From a bacterium (GTDB lineage Bacteria > Actinomycetota > UBA4738 > HRBIN12), in NCBI GenBank assembly GCA_023251895.1, contig JAHEXX010000002.1, forward strand, positions 668-45,557: 44,890 nucleotides of DNA. Direction: 5' to 3'. This document shows, piece by piece, positions 29,931 to 39,565 of the stretch. A program made the position numbers and the translations under genes. How positions within the stretch are numbered: the stretch's first letter is position 1; every line of letters starts with the position of its first letter. Below the pieces are notes generated by a model, which saw nothing but the letters and a program-made list of their open reading frames with translations, was not told the origin of the DNA and searched no databases.

Positions 29931-30436
29931 TCACCGAGAAGACCCCTCTGGCCAGCATCCAGCCGGTCAAGTTCCTCCTGAACTGGGGCCGCCGGTGGTC
30001 GCTGTGGGTCATGAACTTCGGCCTGGCTTGCTGCGCCATCGAGTTCATCGCCGCCTCCACCTCCAAGAACGACTTCATCCGGTTCGGGGTCATCCCATTC
30101 GCCCACGGACCCCGGCAGGCCGACCTGCTGGTCGTGGCCGGGACCCTGACCGACAAGATGGCTCCTGCCCTCAAGCGGGTGTACGACCAGATGCCTGACC
30201 CCAAGTACGTGATCTCCTTCGGTTCCTGCTCCAACTGCGGCGGGCCGTACTGGGACTCGTACTCGGTGACCAAGGGCGTCGACCAGATCGTCCCCGTGGA
30301 CGTGTACGTGCCCGGCTGCCCGCCCCGGCCAGAGGCGCTCCTGCACGGGATCATCAAGCTCCAGGAGAAGATCTCCGGCGAGGACATCAGGGAGAAGTTC
30401 AGTGGCAGGCTCACCCAACCCGCTGCCACCTCCTGA
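29921..30436 (+). CDS. nuoB2: Complex-I subunit B paralog (N2-type cluster ligands intact)
   Basis: GTG 29921 overlaps the nuoA2 end. [19 protein letters not shown] and PGCPPRPE retain all four Cys. Start lies inside track ORF 29702..30436. Confidence 0.9.
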   Translation: MGLITEKTPLASIQPVKFLLNWGRRWSLWVMNFGLACCAIEFIAASTSKNDFIRFGVIPFAHGPRQADLLVVAGTLTDKMAPALKRVYDQMPDPKYVISFGSCSNCGGPYWDSYSVTKGVDQIVPVDVYVPGCPPRPEALLHGIIKLQEKISGEDIREKFSGRLTQPAATS

Positions 30437-30926
30437 CATCGAGGCCCGCCTGCGGGCCCAGTTCGGCGACGACATCATGGGATTCGAGGACCAGTACGGG
30501 CACGCGGTGGCCACCGTCCCGCGCGAGCGGTACCGGGAGATCGCCCGGTTCCTGCGCGACGAGCCCGAGTTGGCTTTCGACTACTGCGACTTCGTGGGCG
30601 GCGTTGACTTCCAGGACCGGGGCCTCGAGATCGTGGCCCACCTGTTCTCCACGACCCACCACCACAACGTCCGGCTGAAGACCCGGTTCCCCCAGGACGA
30701 CGCTCGCTGTCCCACCCTGTCGGACCTGTTCCCCACGACCAACTGGCACGAGCGCGAGGCCGCCGAGATGTTCGGCATCGAGTTCGAGGGCCATCCACAG
30801 CCGGTCAAGCTCCTGCTCTCCGAGCCTTTCGAGGGCCACCCGCTCCGCAAGGACTTCCCCCTCATGTCGCGCGAAGCGAAGCCGTGGCCGGGCGCTGTCG
30901 AAGGCGAGGAGGAAGAGGAAGAGTGA
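30402..30926 (+). CDS. nuoC2: Complex-I subunit C (30 kDa) paralog with poly-Glu C-terminus
   Basis: [40 protein letters not shown] signature. GTG 30402 preceded by GGGAGAAG (35-nt overlap with nuoB2; start uncertain). Ends GEEEEEE. Confidence 0.85.
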   Translation: MAGSPNPLPPPDIEARLRAQFGDDIMGFEDQYGHAVATVPRERYREIARFLRDEPELAFDYCDFVGGVDFQDRGLEIVAHLFSTTHHHNVRLKTRFPQDDARCPTLSDLFPTTNWHEREAAEMFGIEFEGHPQPVKLLLSEPFEGHPLRKDFPLMSREAKPWPGAVEGEEEEEE

Positions 30927-31936
30927 TCGCCCAGGCCGGGGCCAGCTTCGTCAACGACCTCTTCAACAACTTCTGGGTCGTCCTGGTCATCAAGGCGGTC
31001 CTGGTCCTGGGGTTCTTCCTGGTGGCGCCGCTCGTGGTGGGCTACATGGAACACAAGGTCCTGGCCCACATGCAGGCCCGCCTGGGCCCCTGGTATGCGG
31101 GGCGGTTCCACGGCTGGGCCCAGCTCGTCGCGGACGGCGTGAAGTTCGTCCAGAAGGAGGACGTGATCCCCGAGGCCGCCGACCGGTCGGTGTTCTCGCT
31201 GGCCCCGGCCGTCGTGATGATTCCCTACATCGTCACGGTGGTCGTCATCCCGTTCAGCCACACGATCTACGCCGAGAACCTGGACATCGGGATCTTCTTC
31301 GTTCTGGCGATGTCGTCGGTCTCGGTGATCGGCGTGCTGATGGCTGGTTGGTCGTCGGCCAACAAGTTCTCGCTGATCGGGGCGCTGCGGGCAGCCGCGC
31401 AGCTGATCGCCTACGAGCTGCCGTTGGTGCTGGCCGCGGCGGCGGTCGTGATGCAGAACGGAACGCTCTCGCTGATCGGCATCTCGGAGTCCCAGAGCCA
31501 CGTGTGGAACGTGGCCTGGCAGCCCATCGGGTTCCTGATCTTCCTCGTCGCGTCGCTGGCCGAGCTCACGCGTCCCCCCTTCGACATGCCGGTCGCGGAC
31601 TCGGAGATCATCTTCGGTGCCTACACCGAGTACACGGGGCTGAAGTTCGCGTTCTTCCTGCTGGCCGAGTACGGCGGCATCGTGGTTCTGTCGGCCGTCG
31701 CGTCGGTGCTGTACCTGGGCGGGTACCTCGGGCCACCGGTGGTTGCGTCGCTCCTGCCGGCGCCGATCTGGATGGCCGGGAAGATCGGTGCGCTATCGTT
31801 CTTCGTCATCTGGCTGCGGGCCACCTACCCGCGGCTCCGCGAGGATCAGCTCCAGCGGTTCTCGTGGCTGGCGCTGGTCCCCCTGGCGCTGCTGAACGTC
31901 ATGGTCGTGGCGATCGTGAAGATCGCGGTCAAGTAA
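30923..31936 (+). CDS. nuoH2: Complex-I subunit H (ND1) paralog
   Basis: GTG 30923 overlaps the nuoC2 stop (GTGA). [15 protein letters not shown] and [28 protein letters not shown] signatures. 337 aa. Confidence 0.9.
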   Translation: MIAQAGASFVNDLFNNFWVVLVIKAVLVLGFFLVAPLVVGYMEHKVLAHMQARLGPWYAGRFHGWAQLVADGVKFVQKEDVIPEAADRSVFSLAPAVVMIPYIVTVVVIPFSHTIYAENLDIGIFFVLAMSSVSVIGVLMAGWSSANKFSLIGALRAAAQLIAYELPLVLAAAAVVMQNGTLSLIGISESQSHVWNVAWQPIGFLIFLVASLAELTRPPFDMPVADSEIIFGAYTEYTGLKFAFFLLAEYGGIVVLSAVASVLYLGGYLGPPVVASLLPAPIWMAGKIGALSFFVIWLRATYPRLREDQLQRFSWLALVPLALLNVMVVAIVKIAVK

Positions 31937-31949
31937 AGGAGAGGGACGG

Positions 31950-32828
31950 ATGGCGGTCGACGCGGACGAGGTACGCCGGGAGGGGCAGCCGTCCATCCCC
32001 GGCCTTGGGCTGCTCAAAGGCCTGACGGTCACCCTGAAGACGATGTTGCGCCCCGCCGTCACGCAGCGATACCCGGATGTGAAACCCGACCTCCCGGCCC
32101 GCACCCGGGGCGTCATCGCGCTGAAGGAGGCGAACTGCACGGTCTGCTACAAGTGCGCCCGCGAATGCCCGGACTGGTGCATCTACATCGACGCCCACAA
32201 GGAAACGCACGAACCCGCCGGCGGCGGCAAGGGGCGGTCGGCCAAGGTGCTCGACCGGTTCGCCATCGATTACGCGCTGTGCATGTACTGCGGCATCTGC
32301 GTGGAGGTCTGCCCCTTCGACGCGCTGTTCTGGAGCCCCGAGTTCGAGTACGCGGAATACGAGGTCGACGAGCTGATCCACGAGAAGGAGAAGCTGGAGG
32401 AATGGACCTACAAGGTCCTTCCCCCACCTCCACTCGAAGACGGCGCCGAACCACCGGCCGAATCGTCCGGGTCACAGAGCGCCGGGGTTCCGGGGGTCGA
32501 GACTGCTCCCCCCGGAGCTGCAGCCGCCACCGTCGCAGCGACCTCCGTACCGGGGGTCCGCAGCGTCTCTCCCCCCGAAACCCCGGCGCCCGCCGCGCCC
32601 CCGGCGGCGGCTCCGGCTGAAGCAGTGGCTGTCTCGACCCCCGAGGCCCCGGCGCTCAAGGCCCAGCCGGCTCCAAGCACGGAGCACAAAGAAGTCAGCC
32701 TTGACCAGGAGACGTTCGATCGGGTCTTGGCGGAACTGCTGGACAAGGGCACCGACCGCCGGGTGGCCGAGGGCCAGGCCCGGCGGGCCGCCATGATCGC
32801 GGCCCGCAAGAAGGCGGAGGAGGGCTAA
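31950..32828 (+). CDS. nuoI2: Complex-I subunit I paralog (2x[4Fe-4S]) with about 135-aa Pro/Ala-rich linker plus charged helical C-terminal module
   Basis: ATG preceded by [22 protein letters not shown] and [12 protein letters not shown]. 292 aa versus 165 aa for NuoI of the first operon. Confidence 0.88.
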   Translation: MAVDADEVRREGQPSIPGLGLLKGLTVTLKTMLRPAVTQRYPDVKPDLPARTRGVIALKEANCTVCYKCARECPDWCIYIDAHKETHEPAGGGKGRSAKVLDRFAIDYALCMYCGICVEVCPFDALFWSPEFEYAEYEVDELIHEKEKLEEWTYKVLPPPPLEDGAEPPAESSGSQSAGVPGVETAPPGAAAATVAATSVPGVRSVSPPETPAPAAPPAAAPAEAVAVSTPEAPALKAQPAPSTEHKEVSLDQETFDRVLAELLDKGTDRRVAEGQARRAAMIAARKKAEEG

Positions 32829-32832
32829 CCGG

Positions 32833-33333
32833 GTGACGGGGCAGGAATACGCGTTCGTCGTGCTGGCCCTGGTCGGGACGGTCGGTGCGGTCCGCCTGGT
32901 CACGGCCAAGAACGTCGTGCACGCCGCCCTCTACCTCGTGGTGACCCTGGCCATGGTCGGGTCGATCTACCTGGTCCTTGGCGCGGAGTTCGTGGGCTGG
33001 GTCCAGATCCTGATCTACGTGGGCGCCATCGTGATCCTGTTCCTGTTCGGCCTGATGCTGACCAAGGCCCCCATCGGCCGGGAGAGCCTGGACAACCAGC
33101 AGCGCGGTCTGGCTCTGCTGGTTGCCCTGGCCGTGCTGGCCGGGCTGGTGTTCTTGATCCAGGACGCGTTCCACTGGGGCGACCGCAAGATGAACCTGGT
33201 CCACAACACCACCGGTGAGGTGGGCCGCTCAATCTTCCAGCACTACGTGCTGCCCTTCGAGGCCGTGTCGTTCATCCTGCTCGCCGCGCTGATCGGCGCG
33301 GTGGTTCTGGCACGCAGGGAGGAACGCGAGTGA
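32833..33333 (+). CDS. nuoJ2: Complex-I subunit J paralog
   Basis: GTG 4 nt after the nuoI2 stop. Hydrophobic ND6-like protein ([28 protein letters not shown]). 166 aa. Confidence 0.85.
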   Translation: MTGQEYAFVVLALVGTVGAVRLVTAKNVVHAALYLVVTLAMVGSIYLVLGAEFVGWVQILIYVGAIVILFLFGLMLTKAPIGRESLDNQQRGLALLVALAVLAGLVFLIQDAFHWGDRKMNLVHNTTGEVGRSIFQHYVLPFEAVSFILLAALIGAVVLARREERE

Positions 33334-33632
33334 TCCGCCTGCCCCTCGTCCTTTTCTTCTCGGCCGTCCTGTTCTCGACGGGTGTGTACGGCGTGCTGGC
33401 CCGGCGGAACGGGGTGCTGGTCCTGATGTCGATCGAGCTGATGCTGAACGCCGTCAACGTGAACCTGGTCGCCTTCTCCCAGTACGTCAGGGACATCGGG
33501 GGTCAGGTGTTCGCGCTGTTCGTGATCGCCGTGGCCGCGGCAGAGGTGGGCATCGGGCTGGCCATCGTGATCCTGATCTTCCGCAATCGCGAGTCCATCA
33601 ACGTGGATGAGGTGAGTCTCCTTAAGTGGTAG
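33330..33632 (+). CDS. nuoK2: Complex-I subunit K paralog
   Basis: GTG overlaps the nuoJ2 stop (GTGA). 100 aa. Both membrane Glu retained ([21 protein letters not shown]). 49 of 97 aligned residues identical to NuoK by manual alignment. Confidence 0.9.
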   Translation: MIRLPLVLFFSAVLFSTGVYGVLARRNGVLVLMSIELMLNAVNVNLVAFSQYVRDIGGQVFALFVIAVAAAEVGIGLAIVILIFRNRESINVDEVSLLKW

Positions 33633-35602
33633 GGGCATCGGAGATCGCGAGCGCCGTGGGGCCGGGGTTCCTTCCTTGGACCTGGGTCATCGCCGTGCTG
33701 CCGCTCGCCTCCGCGGCCCTGATCCTGTTCTTCGGCAAGCGCACTCCCGGCAAGGGCCCCGTCTACGGCATCGCCGCGGTGGGCACGGGGTGGGTGCTGT
33801 CGCTCGTCGTGCTGTGGCATTTCGTGCAGGGCGGTGGCCCCCTCGAGCGGTCGGTGGCGTGGTTCCAGGTCGGGCCCCTCCACATGGAGCTGGGGGAGCT
33901 GGTCGACGGCCTGACCGCCGTGATGCTGGTCGTGGTCACATCGATCTCGCTCGCCGTGCAGGTGTACTCGCTCGGGTACATGAAGGGCGACGCCCGGTAC
34001 ACCTGGTTCTACGTCGCGCTCTCGCTGTTCACGGCGGCGATGCTGAACGTGGTCACGGCCAACAACCTGTTCCAGCTCCTCGTCGGGTGGGAGGTCATGG
34101 GCCTGTGCTCCTACCTGCTGATCGGGCACTGGTGGGAGGAGAAGGTCAACTCCAACGCGGCGATCAAGGCGTTCATCACGACCCGCATCGGCGACGTGCC
34201 GTTCCTGTTCGGCATCTTCGCGCTGACTTTCGCCACCGGCTTCACGACCTCGAACATCCGCGTGATCGCCGAGCGGATCTCATCCGGCGAGGTGTCCACG
34301 ATGCTGGTCGCGGCGGCAGCGCTCCTGCTGTTCGGGGGCACGATGGGGAAATCGGCTCAGTTCCCGCTGCACGTGTGGCTCCCCGATGCCATGCAGGGCC
34401 CCACCCCCGTATCGGCCCTGATCCACGCCGCCACCATGGTCACCGCCGGCGTGTACCTGGTCGGGCGGCTGTTCGACGTGTTCGTCCACGCGAACGCCCA
34501 CGTCCTGCAGTACGTCGGCGTGATCGGGGGCATCACGATGCTGGGGGCCGCCCTGCTCGCCTTCGTGCAGGACGACATCAAACGGGTGCTCGCGTACTCA
34601 ACCATCTCCCAGCTCGCCTACATGGTCGCCGGGATGTCGATGGGGCCGGCCGGGCGGACGGCCGGATTCTTCCACCTGTTCACGCACGCCTTCTTCAAGG
34701 CCCTGCTGTTCCTCGGCGCGGGCTCGGTGATCCACTCCGCGCATTCCAACAACATGAGCGAGATGGGCGGGCTGAGGAAGAACATGCCGGTCACCTTCTG
34801 GACCTTCGCAATCGGGGCCGCCGCCCTGGCCGGCGTGTTCCCGCTCGCCGGGTTCTGGTCCAAGGACGAGCTGCTGACGGTGGCCCAGGAGAATGGGCAC
34901 CCGGTGCTGTTCGTCGTCCTGCTGGGGACCGCACTGCTGACGGCGTTCTACATGACCCGGGCCGTGTGGATGACGTTCTTCGGCGAGTACCGGGGCCAGG
35001 GGCACCCGCACGAGTCCCCGGTCTCCATGACGGGTCCCCTGGTCGCACTGGCCGCCGCCTCGGCCGGGGTCGGGTTCTTGGGGGCGCCCCAGCTCGGCGC
35101 GGTGTTCGGCAAGTGGGTGTTCTACCAGGAGGCCGAGAAGGCCGTCTTCGTCCCTTGGGTCGCGCTGGCGTCCACCGCCGCGGCCCTGTTCGGGATCCTG
35201 GCCGGCTATTCCCTCTACAAGAGGTACCGGGAGCCGGATCCCCTTCGCGCCTACGCCGGCGCCGTCTACGGCGTACTTGAGAACAAGTACTACATGGACG
35301 ACTTCTACATGCGCTGGATCATCAGGCCGATCCAGTACCCGGTGGCGGTCGCCGTCAACTGGTCCAACCAGCGGATCCTGGACGGTGCGGTCAACGGCGT
35401 GGCCGTCGTCACCCGGGCATCCGCATGGGTCGTGAACCTGTTCGACCAGCGGGTCGTGGACGGTGCAGTCAACGAGGCCGCGGAGATCACCGGCGAAACC
35501 GGCGGCGTCCTGCGGGCCCTTCAAACGGGGAACGTCCAGTGGTACGCGGCCCTTCTGTTCATCGGCGTCGTGGTGGCGGCCGTCCTGATCACGAGAGCGT
35601 AA
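33626..35602 (+). CDS. nuoL2: Complex-I subunit L paralog (antiporter-like)
   Basis: 658 aa. [48 protein letters not shown]. The GTG 33626 start overlapping the nuoK2 end is uncertain by a few codons. Confidence 0.9.
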   Translation: MVGASEIASAVGPGFLPWTWVIAVLPLASAALILFFGKRTPGKGPVYGIAAVGTGWVLSLVVLWHFVQGGGPLERSVAWFQVGPLHMELGELVDGLTAVMLVVVTSISLAVQVYSLGYMKGDARYTWFYVALSLFTAAMLNVVTANNLFQLLVGWEVMGLCSYLLIGHWWEEKVNSNAAIKAFITTRIGDVPFLFGIFALTFATGFTTSNIRVIAERISSGEVSTMLVAAAALLLFGGTMGKSAQFPLHVWLPDAMQGPTPVSALIHAATMVTAGVYLVGRLFDVFVHANAHVLQYVGVIGGITMLGAALLAFVQDDIKRVLAYSTISQLAYMVAGMSMGPAGRTAGFFHLFTHAFFKALLFLGAGSVIHSAHSNNMSEMGGLRKNMPVTFWTFAIGAAALAGVFPLAGFWSKDELLTVAQENGHPVLFVVLLGTALLTAFYMTRAVWMTFFGEYRGQGHPHESPVSMTGPLVALAAASAGVGFLGAPQLGAVFGKWVFYQEAEKAVFVPWVALASTAAALFGILAGYSLYKRYREPDPLRAYAGAVYGVLENKYYMDDFYMRWIIRPIQYPVAVAVNWSNQRILDGAVNGVAVVTRASAWVVNLFDQRVVDGAVNEAAEITGETGGVLRALQTGNVQWYAALLFIGVVVAAVLITRA

Positions 35603-35618
35603 GAGGGGAGAACACCGG

Positions 35619-37166
35619 ATGAGTGGGTGGGAGCAATCGGCGATCACCATCGCGACCTTCCTGCCGCTGGCGGGAGCACTGGTGATCGCGATGGTCCCCA
35701 GGGAGAAGGAACGGGTCGTCCGCGGCCTGGGGATCGTCTTCACCGGGGCTGCCTTCCTGGTCTCGATCGTCATCGCGCTCGGCTTCGACTACGGGGTCGG
35801 CTCGAAGCTCCAGTTCGAGCTGGACGTGAGATGGATCGCCGCGATCAACGCCCGGTACCACGTGGGCGTCGACGGCATCAGCCTGCCGCTGTACGTGCTG
35901 ACCTTCGCGCTGTCGTTCCTCTGTGCCATCTACACGTGGCGGTTCGTGCCGAGCCCCGGGAAGACCAAGGCCTTCCTGGCCCTCATGCTCCTGCTCGAGA
36001 CCGGGATGGCCGGCACGTTCATCGCCTTCGACCTCATCCTGTTCTTCATCTTCTGGGAGATGGTCCTGGTGCCCATGTACTTCCTGATCGCGATCTGGGG
36101 GAGCGCGAACCGCGAGTACGCGGCCATCAAGTTCTTCCTGTACACGGTGTTCGGGAGCGTGTTCATGCTCCTGGGCTTCCTGGGGATGTACTTCCGTTCG
36201 GACGTGGCCGGGCACCACTCCTTCGACCTCCTCCGGCTGACGAACTTCGCCGCCGCCGGCGGGTTCTCGCACGGGTTCCAGCTGGTGGTGTTCGGCGCCG
36301 TGGGCTTGGGCCTGGCCATCAAGGTGCCGATGTGGCCGTTCCACACGTGGCTCCCCGATGCCCACACCGAGGCCCCCACGGTCGGCTCGGTGCTGCTGGC
36401 CGGGGTCCTGCTGAAGATGGGGACGTACGGATTCATCCGGATCGCCTTGCCGGTCCTGCCCTACGGGGCCCAGAAGTTCGCTCCGTGGATCGGGCTGCTC
36501 GCGGCGATCGCGATCGTCTACGCGGCCCTGGCGTGCCTGGCGCAGAAGGACCTGAAGCGGCTGATCGCGTTCTCCTCGGTGGGGCACATGGGCTTCGTGA
36601 TGCTGGGCATCGCGACGCTGACCTCGATCGGGATCAACGCTGCCATCTTCGGGATGGTCGCCCACGGCCTCATCACCGGGATGCTGTTCTTCCTGGTGGG
36701 GTCCGTGTACGACCGGTACCACACCCGCCAGATCGCCGAGATCGGCGGCGGGATGATGCAGAAGCTCCCGTACCTGGGAGGCGTGCTCGCGTTCGTGTCG
36801 ATCGCCTCGCTGGGGCTGCCCGGCCTGGCCGGCTTCTGGGGCGAGGTCATGGCGCTGCTCTCGTCGTTCAATCCCAGTCATGCCGCCGGGCTGAACACCG
36901 GACTGTTCCGGGGATTCATGGTCGCCGGCGGCATCGGAACCATCATTACCGCCGGCTACTTCCTGTGGATGCTCCAGCGGGTCAACATGGGCACGCTTCC
37001 GGAGAGATGGAAGGAGGCCGCGTTCCCCGACATCGTTGCGGTGGAATGGGTCTCGTGGGTGCCGCTGCTGGTCGGCATCGTGGCGCTGGGGATCTTCCCA
37101 CGGCTGATCTTCGGAGTCACCGACGGGGCCGTGAACGGCCTGCTCCGACTGTTCGGGGCAGCGTGA
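35619..37166 (+). CDS. nuoM2: Complex-I subunit M paralog (antiporter-like)
   Basis: ATG preceded by GAGGGGAG. 515 aa. LAIKVPMWPFHTWLPDAHTEAPT motif. Confidence 0.9.
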   Translation: MSGWEQSAITIATFLPLAGALVIAMVPREKERVVRGLGIVFTGAAFLVSIVIALGFDYGVGSKLQFELDVRWIAAINARYHVGVDGISLPLYVLTFALSFLCAIYTWRFVPSPGKTKAFLALMLLLETGMAGTFIAFDLILFFIFWEMVLVPMYFLIAIWGSANREYAAIKFFLYTVFGSVFMLLGFLGMYFRSDVAGHHSFDLLRLTNFAAAGGFSHGFQLVVFGAVGLGLAIKVPMWPFHTWLPDAHTEAPTVGSVLLAGVLLKMGTYGFIRIALPVLPYGAQKFAPWIGLLAAIAIVYAALACLAQKDLKRLIAFSSVGHMGFVMLGIATLTSIGINAAIFGMVAHGLITGMLFFLVGSVYDRYHTRQIAEIGGGMMQKLPYLGGVLAFVSIASLGLPGLAGFWGEVMALLSSFNPSHAAGLNTGLFRGFMVAGGIGTIITAGYFLWMLQRVNMGTLPERWKEAAFPDIVAVEWVSWVPLLVGIVALGIFPRLIFGVTDGAVNGLLRLFGAA

Positions 37167-37176
37167 GCGAGGCATC

Positions 37177-38631
37177 GTGAACCCGACCATCGACTACCAC
37201 GCGATCCTGCCGGAGCTGATCCTCTCCGGGACGCTAGTCGTCGTGCTGGTGGTCGACGTCTTCTTGCGGCCGCCCCGGAAGTGGTTGGCCATGCCGCTGT
37301 CGTTCGCCGGTGTCCTGGCCGCATTCGTCGCCACGCTCACCCTGATCGGTGCCGACCGTACGACCTTCGGCGGCAGCTACCACGTCGACCCGTTCGCCGT
37401 GCTGTTCAAGGTGTTCTTCCTGTCCGTGGCCATGATCGTGCTGTTCCTGTCGCTTCGGTACTTCCGGGAGGGGCGCTACTACCAGGGCGAGTACTACTTC
37501 TTGCTGCTGTCGTCGGTCCTCGGCTGCGTGATGATGCCGTCGTCCCGGGACCTGCTGATGCTGTTCATCTCGCTCGAGCTGGTCTCGGCCCCGGCGTTCC
37601 TCATCGCGGCCTTCCGCAAGAACGACCCTCGCTCGAACGAGGCCGGCCTGAAGTTCTTTCTGATCGGGGTGCTCTCCTCAGCGGTGATGCTGTACGGGAT
37701 GAGCCTGATCTACGGGGTCACCGGCAGCACGAACCTGTACGAGATCGGAAAGGCGCTGGCCGGCCACCTGGGCGGGCAGGAGACGCTTGCCCTGGCGGCG
37801 ATCCTGTTCGTCGTGACGGGGTTCGCGTTCAAGGTCTCCGCTTTCCCCTTCCAGTTCTGGGCCCCCGACACCTACGAGGGGGCGCCGGTGCCGGTGACCG
37901 CGTTCCTGGCCTCGGCGTCGAAGGCGGCGGGGTTCACCGGCCTCCTGCAGCTGATGTTCGTGGCATTCATCCACCAGGCCGCGTTCTGGGGGCCGGTGTT
38001 CGCGGCGTTCTCGATCTTCACGATGAGCATCGGGAACCTCGTGGCGCTGCAGCAGCGGCAGGCGGTCCGGCTGCTCGCGTACTCGAGCATCGCCCAGGCC
38101 GGGTACATGCTGCTTCCGTTCGCCCTGGCCGGCCACGGGGTCGACAAGGAGGCGTTCGCGGCGGCGGTCACGTACATCCTGATCTACGCGATCATGAACC
38201 TAGGGGCCTTCGCCGTGGTGGTGGCGGTGTCGCGGAAGTCCTCCGCACTGTTGATCGCAGACTTCGCCGGTCTCATGCGGAACGCCCCCCTGCTGGCGTT
38301 GGCCATGACCATCTTCATGGTGTCGCTGGCCGGGGTTCCACCCACGGCGGGGTTCTGGGGCAAGTTCTTCGTGTTCCGGGCCGGCATCGATGCCGGTGGG
38401 ATCGGCATCGCGCTGGCCGTGGTGATGGTGGTGAACTCCGTGATCTCGCTCTTCTACTACCTGGCCATCCCCAGGCAGATGATCCTGGTCGAAGGGCCCG
38501 AGGAGCCGATGCGCTCGCCGGCCCTGGTCACCTTCGTGGCGGCCCTGGCAGCGGCGGCCGTCATCGCGGTGTTCGTCTACCCGGACCTCATCGCCCACTT
38601 CCCGCCGCTCTCGACGCTGGTCGGCAGCTAG
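37177..38631 (+). CDS. nuoN2: Complex-I subunit N paralog (antiporter-like)
   Basis: GTG 10 nt after the nuoM2 stop. 484 aa. FKVSAFPFQFWAPDTYEGAPVPVTAFL motif. Confidence 0.9.
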   Translation: MNPTIDYHAILPELILSGTLVVVLVVDVFLRPPRKWLAMPLSFAGVLAAFVATLTLIGADRTTFGGSYHVDPFAVLFKVFFLSVAMIVLFLSLRYFREGRYYQGEYYFLLLSSVLGCVMMPSSRDLLMLFISLELVSAPAFLIAAFRKNDPRSNEAGLKFFLIGVLSSAVMLYGMSLIYGVTGSTNLYEIGKALAGHLGGQETLALAAILFVVTGFAFKVSAFPFQFWAPDTYEGAPVPVTAFLASASKAAGFTGLLQLMFVAFIHQAAFWGPVFAAFSIFTMSIGNLVALQQRQAVRLLAYSSIAQAGYMLLPFALAGHGVDKEAFAAAVTYILIYAIMNLGAFAVVVAVSRKSSALLIADFAGLMRNAPLLALAMTIFMVSLAGVPPTAGFWGKFFVFRAGIDAGGIGIALAVVMVVNSVISLFYYLAIPRQMILVEGPEEPMRSPALVTFVAALAAAAVIAVFVYPDLIAHFPPLSTLVGS

Positions 38632-38695
38632 GCGTCCGCCCGAACCCTCGTTTCCGGCGGGACGAACTACCCTGTGAAGAAGGAGGGAACCCGAC

Positions 38696-39553
38696 ATGAT
38701 CGGCATCAACCGAGCCAAGACCTGGATCCTCATCGCCGCCATGGGCGGCCTGTTCGTCCTGATCGGGAACCGGCTGTACGGGACGCACGGTGCGTGGACG
38801 TTCCTGTTCATCGCCCTGGCCATCAACTTCGTCCTGTACTGGTACTCGGACAAGATCGCCGTGGCCACGACCCGCTCCAAGCCGGTGACCGAGGCCGAGT
38901 ACCCCGAGCTCTACCGCGTCGTCCGGGAGCTTACCCAGGCCACCGAGATGCCGATGCCACGGATCTTCGTGTCGGAGATGATGCAGCCGAACGCCTTCGC
39001 CACAGGTCGCAACCCCAAGCACGCATCGGTGGCGGTCACGAAGGGCATCCTGCAGATCCTCGATGAGCGGGAGCTCCGCGGCGTCCTGGCCCACGAGCTG
39101 TCCCACGTGGCCAACCACGACATCCTGATCAATTCGATCGCGGCCGGCATCGGGATGAGCATCACGCTGCTCGCCCGGTTCGCGTTCTTCTTCGGCGGCG
39201 ACGACAATCGGGGCGGGAACCCGCTCGCGTTCCTGCTCGCGTGGATCCTGGCTCCCATCGCGGCGGCGATCATCCAGCTCGCCGTGTCCCGCTCGCGCGA
39301 GTACCAGGCGGACGAGTCGGGCGCGCTCCTGTCACACGACCCCCGGGCACTGGCGGGCGCCTTGCGGAAGTTGGATGCCGCCTCCAGGCAGGTCCCCGTG
39401 CCGCCCTCGGTGAGCCCGGCCCAGGCCCACCTGTTCATCGTGAACCCCTTCGCCGGGCGCAACGCGGGGAGGTCGCTGGCGAACCTGTTCTCCACGCACC
39501 CGCCGACGCAGGCCCGCATCGAGCGGCTGGAGGAGCTCGCGGCGCGGATGTAG
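38696..39553 (+). CDS. htpX: Membrane zinc metalloprotease HtpX (M48 family)
   Basis: ATG preceded by GAAGGAGGGA. HELSHVANHD zinc motif, N-terminal TM helices, C-terminal THPPTQARIERL. Confidence 0.92.
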   Translation: MIGINRAKTWILIAAMGGLFVLIGNRLYGTHGAWTFLFIALAINFVLYWYSDKIAVATTRSKPVTEAEYPELYRVVRELTQATEMPMPRIFVSEMMQPNAFATGRNPKHASVAVTKGILQILDERELRGVLAHELSHVANHDILINSIAAGIGMSITLLARFAFFFGGDDNRGGNPLAFLLAWILAPIAAAIIQLAVSRSREYQADESGALLSHDPRALAGALRKLDAASRQVPVPPSVSPAQAHLFIVNPFAGRNAGRSLANLFSTHPPTQARIERLEELAARM

Positions 39554-39565
39554 CGGCAGTCAGGC

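Noticed and set aside
30436-30923. Search for a hidden or frameshifted nuoD2 between nuoB2 and nuoH2.
   Set aside because: The interval is fully occupied by the 174-aa NuoC2. Its stop overlaps the nuoH2 start. Alternative-frame ORFs here (30411..30839, 30475..30798, 30581..31501 minus strand) are low-complexity antisense artefacts with no 49-kDa-subunit motifs.
39554-39565. 12-nt gap between convergent htpX and the aminotransferase gene, considered as a possible bidirectional terminator.
   Set aside because: The gap is too short to form a stem-loop, and no inverted repeat spans the two stop codons.
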